Assembly (NCBI GenBank): GCA_000091205.1
Contig: AP006502.2
Reading direction: 5' to 3' (one strand)
DNA from: Cyanidioschyzon merolae
Lineage: Eukaryota
DNA length: 64,000 nucleotides
In this document: positions 1-10,151 of the stretch, one piece after another
How positions within the stretch are numbered: the first letter of the stretch is position 1
Layout of the letters: every line of letters begins with the position of its first letter
The notes under the pieces: generated by a model
Seen by the model: only the letters and a program-made list of their open reading frames with translations
Databases searched by the model: none
Told to the model about the DNA's origin: nothing
Position numbers and translations under genes: made by a program

Positions 1-69
1 AGGTGGTGTCCTCAGCGAGTGAACGAGGCCAACGCTTTTCAGGTATGGCAACTACGGATCTTTCGTGTT

Positions 70-215
70 GCATCTTTGCCATCGAGTCAGGCGCCGGTCT
101 CGAAAACGATGTAGCCGTCGTTTTTGCTTGGATACCAAGTGCTGGTACCGGGCCCTGTAGCTTTGCGATCGAGCGAGAAGCCAGTCTCGAACGCGTTGCT
201 GCCGTCGCGAAAACG
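70..215. repeat. imperfect ~45-bp direct repeat pair (gcCatcgagTcagg...gccgtcg / gcGatcgagCgaga...gccgtcg), ~75% identical, ~87 bp apart
   Basis: Read directly from sequence; also visible as internal repeat FAIESGAGLENDVAVV / FAIEREASLERVAAV in the frame-3 ORF 3..218. Confidence 0.35.
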
Positions 216-645
216 TGACTTGCTCGAAGGTTGTTCTCGGGCTGGCGTTTGCAAGGCCAGGTGCAAGCCGGCTTGTCTCCTTATGGCGGTTGAAAAGTCG
301 CTGCACTTGTAATCCCGAAGTTGCTGGCGCATCTGACAAAGAAACGAAGCGCCCGGCGCTACTGACTCGAACCTACACAAGGTCATGCTCTGTTGGCTTG
401 CCAGTTAGTGTCCGGAACAAGGACTCACAGCTCAGCTATCACGTGACGCTGTTGCCTAGCACCAGCTCCGATGCGATATTTCACTGCATACTCGAACGGA
501 AGGCTCCGGCTTTGCTCGACAAGACTTGAACAAGTGAGCTTCGGCACCAGTGCGTGTATCTTCGGATCAGACGCCCCGCACATAATGCTGGACAGGGATT
601 GCACACCTTCAGACGCCACTTCAGAGCGTGCACCTGCCGCCTGTT

Positions 646-849
646 ACGACGGATGCAGCGTGGACCCGAACACGCGTGCGCTCCGAACGTACACCTGATG
701 CAAGTTATAGCGTGCTTCCGCCTCGGCGGTCGGTGCATCGCGGAACTACGACGGATGCAGCGTGGACCCGAACACGCGTGCGCTCCGAACGTACACCTGA
801 TGCAAGTTATAGCGTGCTTCCGCCTCGGCGGTCGGTGCATCGCGGAACT
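646..849. repeat. exact tandem duplication, 2 x 102 bp
   Basis: Unit acgacggatgcagcgtggacccgaacacgcgtgcgctccgaacgtacacctgatgcaagttatagcgtgcttccgcctcggcggtcggtgcatcgcggaact occurs twice back to back; produces duplicated peptide blocks in ORFs 628..1008 and 481..1071. Confidence 0.85.
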
Positions 850-1486
850 CGGTGTAGTGCTCTGTGGCAGCGAGTCCATCGGCGGGGTGTCGTTCAGCAC
901 TGCAGCCGCATCAGTATAGGCCGCGGAGAACGGTTCGGGTGCGATGAGCCTCGCGGGAGTCAACCAGGGGCTCGCTTGATCCAGCGACCCAACGGTTGCC
1001 GCACGTAGAACAGACAACAACAGCATGGCGCTGCGGGCTTCTTTGGAGGTCGCCATGCGACATGTCGCCAAGGCACCTGGTCGCCCGCGGGAGCGAATGC
1101 TGTAGCGCTCGAGAAGAAGTGATCGAGCGAATCGATCCGACCGACGATCCGACGGATTTGACTCGTAGAGAAAGACTGCAAACGAGCTCGAGAACCTCGC
1201 TATTGACCTCAGGAAAGTTACAAGACCCGATGTGCATACACCCTAGCCTCACAGGGCTGTGAGCGGCGCCGCGGGTACACGCGGTGCGCTCAGAGAAGCG
1301 CTTCAACAAAACTGCATCAACCGAGCAGTGCTCGAGTGCTTTGTTTACGTATTCGAGCGCAAGCTTTGGATGCTGTCCGTGAGCTGTGCTCCTTCGATAC
1401 CAAACGTTCCAGATCCAGCAACTGTACCTGAATTTGTCCTCGAAAGGCGCATCTCGTCATCGTCAGGAAAATCGCATGCGTGAATC

Positions 1487-2662
1487 CTACACCCCCAGCG
1501 AAACATCGCGATAGCCACTGAGGTATACGTTGTTGATGTCGTCTTCCATGCTGTGATCCCAGCGTCCACTATCCTGTTTCGGATCGAATGCTGCAAGGTT
1601 TTCCCGTAACTGCTCCATACTGGTCGCCCCGATGATCGTGCTTGCAGTGAACCAACGCGATCGAACAAAAGAGAGCGCTAGCTGAGACGGAGTTTTCTTG
1701 TATTTGCGGGCGATCTCCGTGTAGCGTTCCACGGCAGCCATACAGGTCGGCGTCTGATACCGCTGCATATACCGTTTGAACAAGGTAAATCGCGCTCGTT
1801 CTCGCTGGCTCGGATCGCTGGACGGGAGATACTTTCCACTGAGTGCACCGCCCGCCAGAGGCGAGTACGCCAGCAACGGCACGTCGCAGTACGTACTTGC
1901 CTCGGCATGGGCGCCTTCAAATTGGCGATGAAGCAGCGAGTAGGAATTCTGAATGGAAACAACTCTTGGCAGGCCTAGAGTGGAAGCGATACGGGTGAAC
2001 TCCATGATACCCACAGGTGTCTCGTTGCTGAGCCCAACATACCGTACCTTGCCCTGGCGAATAAGGGCGTCCATGGCACGTAACTGTTCCTCCAGGGAAC
2101 GAGTGATGTTGTTACGGTCCGCTGCACTCAGCGGGCCTGGATATGCATGGCTCCCGAAAAGCGGCACCGGTCGAGCGGGCCAGTGAATTTGGTAAAGATC
2201 GATGTAGTCCGTTTGCAGCCGAGTGAGCGACCCGTTGCATGCCTCGATGATGGAGTCGTAGTCGAGTTTCGGTCCTCCGCGGATCCAGGAGATATCGCGC
2301 CCCGGGCCGCACACTTTCGTTGCCACGTAGATCCGCTCCCGCACGCCTGGATTCTTCTTAAACCAGTTCCCAATGTAGGTCTCGGTACGACCCTGCGTTT
2401 CGGGGTTCAACGGAACGGGATAGTTTTCAGCGCAATCGATGATGTTGATGCCTGCCTCGTGGATTGCGTAGTCGAGCTGCGCGTGTGCCTCTTCTTCGGT
2501 GTTCTGCTCTCCCCAGGTCATGGTGCCCAGCGTGCACGTTGTAACGATGAGATCGCTCTGGCCCAGGCGTCGGTATCCGCCGGGAAAGGGCGCCATACCA
2601 TGCGTTGGCTTCAGTTCGGTTGGCGCAGCGGCGCCTGCGCCTGACTTTGTCTGCGTGGACAT
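1487..2662 (-). CDS. aldo-keto reductase (AKR superfamily, Kv-beta/Tas-like NADPH oxidoreductase)
   Basis: ORF 1487..2809 carries AKR hallmarks (YRRLG..GL.VS, GTMTWGEQ, IDCAENYPVP, IDLYQIHWP, VRYVGLSNETP). First ATG at 2809 adds 49 non-AKR residues; internal ATG at 2662 (MSTQTKSG...) or 2596 (MAPFPGGYRRLG) is the more plausible start. Confidence 0.8.
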   Translation of the reverse strand: MSTQTKSGAGAAAPTELKPTHGMAPFPGGYRRLGQSDLIVTTCTLGTMTWGEQNTEEEAHAQLDYAIHEAGINIIDCAENYPVPLNPETQGRTETYIGNWFKKNPGVRERIYVATKVCGPGRDISWIRGGPKLDYDSIIEACNGSLTRLQTDYIDLYQIHWPARPVPLFGSHAYPGPLSAADRNNITRSLEEQLRAMDALIRQGKVRYVGLSNETPVGIMEFTRIASTLGLPRVVSIQNSYSLLHRQFEGAHAEASTYCDVPLLAYSPLAGGALSGKYLPSSDPSQRERARFTLFKRYMQRYQTPTCMAAVERYTEIARKYKKTPSQLALSFVRSRWFTASTIIGATSMEQLRENLAAFDPKQDSGRWDHSMEDDINNVYLSGYRDVSLGV

Positions 2663-3317
2663 GCAAAGCAGCCCGACTTTGGGTCGTTGGAGAAACAATC
2701 CGGCGCACTGCTTATGTCGGTTTGACTGCGTAGTATTCTTTTGGTACCACTGCGGCCGCTTCCAGGCGCCAAAAATGCGACAGTTGTGTTGCACCAGGAG
2801 CACAAACATGCGCTCAGTAACTACAACGAGTTGCGTGGTAGTGCGACCTTAAACTCGACTGGAGTGCGCTGGCACCACGTGCTCTAGAAATGCACGTTTC
2901 AGCCACAGAGACGCGTAGTGACGCCTCAGTAGCGCGTACTAAAACTCCGCGGCAGCTTGAGCCTATGCGTAGCCAAGAGAGTCGGCGTGAGCAGCTTTCT
3001 CGATGAAACCGCTCCTGCAAGATCGTGCTCGATTTTGATTGCAGTGCAAAGCAACCCTTTGAAAAGTTAGGGAATAAGTCGGAGTCTGTGGTGTTGCACT
3101 CCCCAGAACTAAGCGTTATCTCTTGGTGGTCCAGCGGGTAGGCAGCGTGATTAACGCATCGGCGCACGCCTCTGTAGGCTGGACCAAAGGCTCCGCGCCG
3201 CGGACGTCGCCGTGCTGCACAGATCCCGCTGATCGATCTGCTTGATGACGCTCGATCGCTACGAGGCCGTGCGTGATGCGGTTTTTTCGGATATTGCCTT
3301 GTAGGATCGATATTTCC

Positions 3318-3866
3318 GACCTGGAAGTATTACTGCTTGCATAAGTACAGCTTAAATATGATTTCTGTATAGATCCTATCATTGTAAAAGACGGATGCAT
3401 CTGACCTGAAAGCATGACTGCTTGCATAAATACAGCGTATACATGATTTCGTTATAAATCCTATCATTGTACAAGACAAATGCATCTGACCTGGAATCAT
3501 GACTGCTTGCATAAATACAGCGTATACATGATTTCGTTGTAAATCCTGTTATTGTACAAGACCAATGCATCTGACCTGGAATCATGACTGCTTGCATAAA
3601 TACAGCTTAAATATGATTTCTGTATAGATCCTATCATTGTAAAAGATTGATGCATCTGACCTGAAAGCATGACTGCTTGCATAAATACAGCGTATACATG
3701 ATTTCGTTGTAAATCCTGTTATTGTACAAGACCAATGCATCTGACCTGGAATCATGACTGCTTGCATAAATACAGCTCAAATATGATTTCTGTATAGATC
3801 CTATCATTGTAAAAGATTGATGCATCTGACCTGAAAGCATGACTGCTTGCATAAATACTGCTCATA
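3318..3866. repeat. 85-bp minisatellite, ~6.4 units, two unit subtypes arranged A-B-B (255-bp higher-order repeat)
   Basis: Units tgcatctgacctg(a/g)aa(g/t)catgactgcttgcataaatacagc... alternate between the ...ttaaatatgatttctgtatagatcctatcattgtaaaagattga and ...gtatacatgatttcgttgtaaatcctgttattgtacaagaccaa subtypes; ORF-track hits (MQAVM...) recur every 255 bp. Confidence 0.85.
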
Positions 3867-4119
3867 TTGCTGCAAATCCGTACAGGCCGGAAGCGTACTG
3901 CCGCCGTCGCCTCGACTGCGGCGGCGGCGGAACATCGCAGCCATCCGCTGCTGCTCGTCCACGAACGAACGTGCTGCATTGATCAGGCATCCGTTGACTA
4001 TCGGCGAGTCGAGCGTTGTATCGACGTCGTTGCATTGGGTCTCCTGAGAGGCAAGTCGGCGTGCCACAGCATCCTTGACGCTGTATTTCGAAAGGTTTGC
4101 GTATCGATTCTCAATCATC

Positions 4120-5418
4120 ATGTCGAAAGGGAAAGTAATTCTAGCTTACTCGGGGGGCTTGGACACCTCCGTGATCCTCAAGTACCTTCAGAACGAAGGC
4201 TACGAGGTGATCTGTTTTTGCGCCAACGTTGGCCAAGACGAAGACTTTGAAGCAGCGAAGCAGAAGGCGCTCGCGCTCGGGGCGTCCAAAGTCTATGTCG
4301 AAGATCTACGGGAAGACTTCCTCGTAAACTACATCTTCACGGCGGTGAAGGCGAACGCGATCTACGAGTCTCGGTACCTGCTGGGCACTTCGCTGGCGCG
4401 GCCCTGCATCGCCAAGAGGCAAATCGAAGTCGCCCACCTCGAACAGGCAGCGTATGTAGCTCACGGTGCAACAGCGAAAGGAAATGATCAAGTGAGGTTC
4501 GGACTCTGCTACTACGCGCTTGACCCGAACATCCAAGAGATTGCGCCGTGGCGAGACCCGGCCTTCCTGGCTCGCTTCAAGGGTCGCCAGGACCTCCTGA
4601 AGTACGCACGCGAAAACGGCATTCCAGTGCCGAGCGGCCCGAAGCCTCCCTATTCTATGGATGATAACATGATGCATATCTCTTACGAATCGGGTGAACT
4701 CGAGGATCCCTCGGTGCCCGCTGATGAGAGCATCTATACGAAAACCGGTCCAATGGATAAGTGGCCTGATCGCCCCCAGGTCGTGCGAATCCACTTCAAG
4801 GATGGTGTTCCGATCAAGGTTGAGGACGCTGCAACGGGATCTGTCTATGACAGCCCAATGGCTTTATTCGAGTTCCTTACACAGGTCGGAAGGAAGCACG
4901 GGATCGGTCGGATCGATATCGTCGAGGACCGCTTTATAGGCCTCAAATCTCGTGGCGTCTACGAGACACCGGCTGTTACGATTCTGCGCTGCGCCCACAT
5001 CGATATTGAGGGCATTGCCATGGACCGCGAGGTGATGCGGCTGCGGGATATGCTTTCGCCAGAATTTAGCAAACTCGCGTACAACGGGTTCTGGTTCTCC
5101 CCCGAGATGGATTTCCTCGTCTCTGCGATCAACAAGAGTCAGGAGCTCATCGACGGCTGGGTCGACGTACAATGCTTCAAAGGCTCCTGTTTGGCGATCG
5201 CCCGACAGTCGCCCACTAGCTTGTACGATGAACGGCTGGCATCGATGAACGAGGTGGATGCGTTCACCCCGTCAGATGCCGGTGGCTTTATTCGTATCAA
5301 CGCGATTCGACTCAAGGCACATCGCCGGATTCTCGAGAAGGTCGGAACAGATCGTCTCGCAGACCTGAAGCCGACACCGACACCAACATACGCAGCGCTT
5401 GGTACGACGGATCCCTGA
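4120..5418 (+). CDS. ASS1: argininosuccinate synthase
   Basis: MSKGKVILAYSGGLDTSVIL (PP-loop ATPase motif SGGLDTS) and full-length similarity to ArgG/ASS1; listed ORF start 4075 is a TTG, first ATG at 4120. Confidence 0.9.
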   Translation: MSKGKVILAYSGGLDTSVILKYLQNEGYEVICFCANVGQDEDFEAAKQKALALGASKVYVEDLREDFLVNYIFTAVKANAIYESRYLLGTSLARPCIAKRQIEVAHLEQAAYVAHGATAKGNDQVRFGLCYYALDPNIQEIAPWRDPAFLARFKGRQDLLKYARENGIPVPSGPKPPYSMDDNMMHISYESGELEDPSVPADESIYTKTGPMDKWPDRPQVVRIHFKDGVPIKVEDAATGSVYDSPMALFEFLTQVGRKHGIGRIDIVEDRFIGLKSRGVYETPAVTILRCAHIDIEGIAMDREVMRLRDMLSPEFSKLAYNGFWFSPEMDFLVSAINKSQELIDGWVDVQCFKGSCLAIARQSPTSLYDERLASMNEVDAFTPSDAGGFIRINAIRLKAHRRILEKVGTDRLADLKPTPTPTYAALGTTDP

Positions 5419-7480
5419 GCGCCAGCGAAAGAGACAAGGCACGAATTGCAGTAGAGACTGCTGCTAGCTCCATGGCGTGGCCTTGCTCGCGGAGTGAATT
5501 TAAAGTACCGTTTAAAATTGTTGAATTCTCAAACAGTTCTCGCTGTGTTGGCTGGGAAAGGACGCTGGTGACACCAGGGTGTCGCCCAGATGCTCATCCC
5601 CAAGAAAGCAACCTTTACAGTCGATGATCGTGTGCGAGCATCGCCTCGAATGCCGAGTTTTAACAGCGGGTCACGTCGAACGCTACCCGCAGCTGTGATG
5701 CGTATGACTTGCGCCCTCCTAGGCTGTGGTACTGCATTCTGTGAGGCCCGTTGTGGCGGTTAGAGTTAAGTCGTGTCCATGATTACCACCGGAAACATTG
5801 CTTCCGAGCAAACGCCAATTCGAGTCGATCAACCAGATGCAGGTCGGTCAGAGTGCTTCGAGTACCTGCTTTCGAGCGTCCTTCGAACAGGATTTGCATC
5901 AGCACCTGTGTTCCATATCAGAGGAAACGAATGGCCTTCCGAGGTCGTCACTCGTTGTTCTACCGTTGCTAGTCCGGCGGTAGGTAAACACGGGACCAGG
6001 AACTGCTCGCCCTGTTCCCGCTTTTCGATTTGCTTACGAACCTTTTTAAAATCGCAGTCTCAATATTCGAAGCACATCGGTAAGGGTTCTCGTGTTCGTA
6101 TGAAGGCTAAGAATTGTCGGTCGTTTTCTCATAGTGACTTTTTAGACGCTTTGTCGCTGGAACTCGCAAATTCACCGGAATCGAGATGCTTCGCGACGCA
6201 AACCGACACGTTTCCTAAACTAACCGATAACATGATCCGATTCATGAGTACAAGCCGCAAAGCTTCTCTGTTCCCGAAATTTAGCACCTTCGAATCACGT
6301 AAAGTTTTGGATCACCCTGTTTCAAGGTCAAAGGTGGCGCGCAGCAAAACGCGCTGCTCTCTCGACGAGGAGACAAGCTGAACGTCGTCTTTTGACGACT
6401 TTTTCGGAAGCCCGTGCTGAAAGTCCGATGAACTTTCACGTAAAAAAATCGATTGCTTTTGAAACGCAATTCTTCTGCTCTTTTTTGCGATCAATGGTAC
6501 AGTCTTCGACCACGGTACGATACCTCCGGCAGGGGGGGTACGCTCCCAGAGACTCGCGTCTCAACTGTTTGCGTGGAAAATGCTCCTGGATTCGGACTCT
6601 AGTCAATGCGACGACCGTGTCCAATGGAAATAGCGCCACTTGTTTGCATGAAGCGATCCTAGACAATTCGGAAACTCTCGGCTTCTTTTCCAGCGTGACT
6701 TTTCTTACCGATACTTGTAGCACCAGGGAAAACGACGGGTTCCACTGGTCCTTTTTCGAAAGGAGCGACGTTTGCGTACGTCCGCAGCGGACAGCGTACG
6801 CACAGAGGAAATCGCTTTGACCAAGCCCGTGATCGTTGGGTACTTCGCCGGCTACCGCAACCGGGTGAGGCATCCAAGGTAGCCTTGTGTGCCGGTCAAG
6901 GGCTTGTGCCAAACGATGAGGCACCATTCGCGCGTCACCGGTCGGTTTTCGGAGCAAGAGGCGTGCTGTACATGTGGAAGCACTCGACCACAGCCATATA
7001 TGTCAGCGCTGTGACGGGCGCACCAGGACTGTTTACAAAGAAGATTCGTAGATCGCAACATCCGTCTGTCCATGGGATGCGTAAATACCAGTGGGAAGCC
7101 GCAAAACGGGAATTGAACGCTTCCATGAACATCATCGGACTGCTGAACATGAAACTTGAGAAAGAGGAGAGATGGACGTATTGCAAGCCGGAGACGACAG
7201 AGAGGAGCAGAAAGCAGTCCCAGAAGAGCCCGCAAAGTCCAGTGCTGATAATAGCGGGAACAGGTCCGAGCTTCAGTGCGCACGCGAGTGATCGCGGACC
7301 TGTTCTATTCTATTCTGACATGGATTTCGTCGTGCTTTTCCACCCGTCCAGCGAGCCTTGATGCGTTTATGACGTCGTGTCTTGAGGCGCAGACAGGGCA
7401 TCTGACAGAGCGCGATCTACCACCAGGCATTCTAGACTCTTGACGCCCTATGCATCGCGTTGATCCCGAGGTCAATGCGC

Positions 7481-9481
7481 TCAAGCGAATGACATCGGCG
7501 GCTCCGCTGACTTGCTGTCCGGTGCCTCGCCGCGCTGTTCGCAGGACTGGAGCCAATTTACGAGAATTTCATTCACTTGCTCCGGGACTTCATCGTGTGG
7601 ACAATGGCCAGCACGGAGCTGCACAACCTGCACTTCCGGATGAATCGCCGCAATCTGCTCTGCCCGCTTACGGGCGTCATTCAGCGGATCCAGGATGCCC
7701 TGGATCAACAGCACCGGCACTGAATCAAGGGCACGCAGGAGCTCCGGTATCGGACGCGACGGGGGCAGGCGGAAGCCCGACGCGATCACACTGGAAGCAC
7801 CTGGATCCAGACTGTGGCGATATATGATCGACTCCATGTGCAGGGCAGCATCCGGTCGCACAGGGTACACTTTCAGCAGCGTGCTCCGGATACCAAACTG
7901 CAAGTATCGGAGTAGAACCTCACCAACAATGCGGGAGGCTAGTGGTTGGGCCAGCAACCGCCGTAACCTGGAATCGTTGGATGCACGGTCGGCGTTTTTA
8001 ACCGGCTCGAGTGGCCCCGCCGGGTTGATCAGGACGATGCCTTTGCAGAGCGTCGTTGGACGAGGCGAGGCCGAAGCCTGTACCAATTCCATCCGGTGAT
8101 CTGCGGCAAAACTGAGACTCACGTACGCTCCGATCGAGTTGCCGACAATGAACACAGGTCGACGCACAATCTGCAGCACAAAATCCCGGACCTGCCGCTC
8201 CCAGAGCTCCTGTGTGTAGCGCGTAATCGGTTTGGTGCTTCGTCCAAAACCAAGAAGGTCCAAACAGAACACCTGGTACCCTTGATCTGCGAGAAAAGAT
8301 ACATTTCGCTCCCAGTGCTCTATGGACGCTCCAAAACCATGAATAAACAGGACTGCGGGAGCATCCCGCGTGCTCGATCCGCTCTGTGAGAAACGCACCG
8401 GTAAGCCGTTCCATCGCCAATAGTGCCAGGGCCGCTGGCTCGCCTTGTCGTACTGCGACAGAAACAGGTGCCAGCTGAGACTACGGATAAGAGCGCGCGC
8501 CTCCCGGTGTCGCGGTGAGTCCGTCCAGAGCGCCAGCATCCGGCGCCGATACCGCCGCGCTGCATCAATTTCCGCCAGCACTTTTCGTGGAGAAACGCAG
8601 CCAAAATGCAGGGCATACGCAAAACTGCGAAGAAAATCGCTCTCCTGATGCGCGTCAGGGCCTCGTAGGTAACGCCGCAGGAAATCGATTGCAGCAGTTT
8701 CACCGCCAGCGTCCAGCGACGTCGCAACACACATTCGCTTATCCTCTTCGATGCGTTGCAGAAAAGGATAGTCAGCATATTCAAGCGGAAACCAGCTGGG
8801 ACTGGTTTCCCACAGGTGATCGCTCGGGGCATCGAGCTCGTAACTTGCGACGAATCTCGTCTCCGGTGCGTTCTCCCTCGCGCAGTCCCAAAGCGCTAAC
8901 AGATCATTTTCAGTGGGCCTGTGCATCATGGGGCGCCAATGCTCGCGCTGCAAAATGCTGAACGTATCTCGCCCGAGAAACGTAGATGTTGATGGCGATC
9001 GCGAGCCTCTTGTGTTTTCACGAGTGGTACGATGCGGGGCGCCTAGACTCCAGAAACGAAATCTAATACCCAAGCGTTCGCATTCTCGGAAGCATCGCTG
9101 ACTCGATATGCACCAGTCGTCTTCGACGAGTACTTGTGCATTCGCAAAGCGACCGCAGAGCACGGCGAGCTCCCGAGGCGCCGGACCGTTCAGGAGCAGC
9201 AGATCGGCCTGGCCTTGCGTCGCTGAGCGGATCGTCTCACGCAGCGCTGCAACGGATTCGCGGAGATATTTTTGCTCCTCTGGCGTGTACGTCTCGAGTT
9301 CGCGTTTGTCCATGATGTAAACGAACGCAATTCGCAACGAGTTTTCCATGCCATGTCTGTCGTCTGAGCGGCGTGCCGGTGCAGTTTTCTGGGAGGCGAT
9401 ATGCGTTCGCAGGTACTGCAACCCGGGGTGATCATGAACCCGAAGGTCTCTGCGAAACCATACAATCCAATTGACAGTCAT
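7481..9481 (-). CDS. DNA photolyase/cryptochrome N-terminal domain fused to C-terminal alpha/beta-hydrolase fold domain
   Basis: MTVNWIVWFRRDLRVHDHPGL is a photolyase N-terminal alpha/beta domain signature; C-terminal VLFIHGFGASIEHWERNVSFLADQGYQVFCLDLLGFGRS...VGNSIGAYVSL has the hydrolase nucleophile-elbow GNSIG. ATG at 9481; an upstream in-frame ATG at 9778 would add ~99 aa (possible targeting peptide). Confidence 0.7.
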   Translation of the reverse strand: MTVNWIVWFRRDLRVHDHPGLQYLRTHIASQKTAPARRSDDRHGMENSLRIAFVYIMDKRELETYTPEEQKYLRESVAALRETIRSATQGQADLLLLNGPAPRELAVLCGRFANAQVLVEDDWCISSQRCFRECERLGIRFRFWSLGAPHRTTRENTRGSRSPSTSTFLGRDTFSILQREHWRPMMHRPTENDLLALWDCARENAPETRFVASYELDAPSDHLWETSPSWFPLEYADYPFLQRIEEDKRMCVATSLDAGGETAAIDFLRRYLRGPDAHQESDFLRSFAYALHFGCVSPRKVLAEIDAARRYRRRMLALWTDSPRHREARALIRSLSWHLFLSQYDKASQRPWHYWRWNGLPVRFSQSGSSTRDAPAVLFIHGFGASIEHWERNVSFLADQGYQVFCLDLLGFGRSTKPITRYTQELWERQVRDFVLQIVRRPVFIVGNSIGAYVSLSFAADHRMELVQASASPRPTTLCKGIVLINPAGPLEPVKNADRASNDSRLRRLLAQPLASRIVGEVLLRYLQFGIRSTLLKVYPVRPDAALHMESIIYRHSLDPGASSVIASGFRLPPSRPIPELLRALDSVPVLLIQGILDPLNDARKRAEQIAAIHPEVQVVQLRAGHCPHDEVPEQVNEILVNWLQSCEQRGEAPDSKSAEPPMSFA

Positions 9482-10151
9482 TTCAGCAGCAATTGGACGC
9501 TTCTCGTCTTCGAGTGCATGGTCCGGAGCGAGTTGCTGGGGACGACTCCCGTGCCCGCGAGCTGGCGAATCTCCGAGCCCGTGCACGCACGACAACAAGT
9601 CAAGAAGTTTGGACTTTGGCCCGATAATGTTGCACGCTCGGGAGCAGTGCCAAGTCTTCCACGGTTTGTGAGCAAAGTGCGTTGGCGCAACCTGGCTACA
9701 ACGCTGTGTGCTCGCTGTGTGCGCTGGCGTCGCGTGCTGCCAAATTCTCGAACGCCCTAGGCTACAGCCTGCAAACATGCTTCCCGAAGCACACAGACCC
9801 AAGACTCGTACCCTCTTGTAAGCAAGCCGTTCTGTAAAGTTCCAGGTAGATGTTTCCTGGTTAGACCCTTCGAGTTACGTGGGCTTAAGCAGTAACATGC
9901 GCAACCCACAGGCTTGCGCTTCCGCAGAGGCGACAACGGATCACTCTGTGCCGTTCGGTGGCATTTCATCGCGAAAGGAAGCGCGAATGTACGGTGCCTG
10001 CCGGTGGCACTGCTGCGTCGCTCACGCTGCGATTGTATTTCGAAGAATGTTTTCGAATTTCGGGATCGTGGCGCAGATATATTCGATTTCGGCTTCTGTT
10101 GTAGGGTGCCAGCGTGGCTATCCCATAGAGTCCTTCAGGGTGCGACGAACG

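Noticed and set aside
3116-3852. Series of 60-75-aa ORFs (MQAVMLSGQMH..., MQAVMIPGQMH...) in the ORF track
   Set aside because: They recur every 255 bp exactly in phase with the 85-bp satellite and are translations of the repeat, not genes.
4075-4119. ORF-track N-terminal extensions such as MTLYFERFAYRFSII (ASS), MGLSSNMRNP.. (ZPR1), MRKSTALRTFPETLVGQ (17203), MGKFGFG.. (patatin), MNPCRLSKGI (LKB1-like), MSSSVPVY.. (AGC kinase)
   Set aside because: The first codons are TTG or GTG when checked against the sequence (the track evidently allows alternative starts). For a eukaryotic nuclear gene I used the first in-frame ATG.
5773-7361. Several 140-200-aa ORFs between ASS and the photolyase-hydrolase gene (5773..6381 +, 6436..6957 -, 6852..7283 -, 6885..7361 +)
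   Set aside because: They overlap each other on both strands and have no recognisable motifs. At least one real gene may be present here, but I cannot choose between them from sequence alone.
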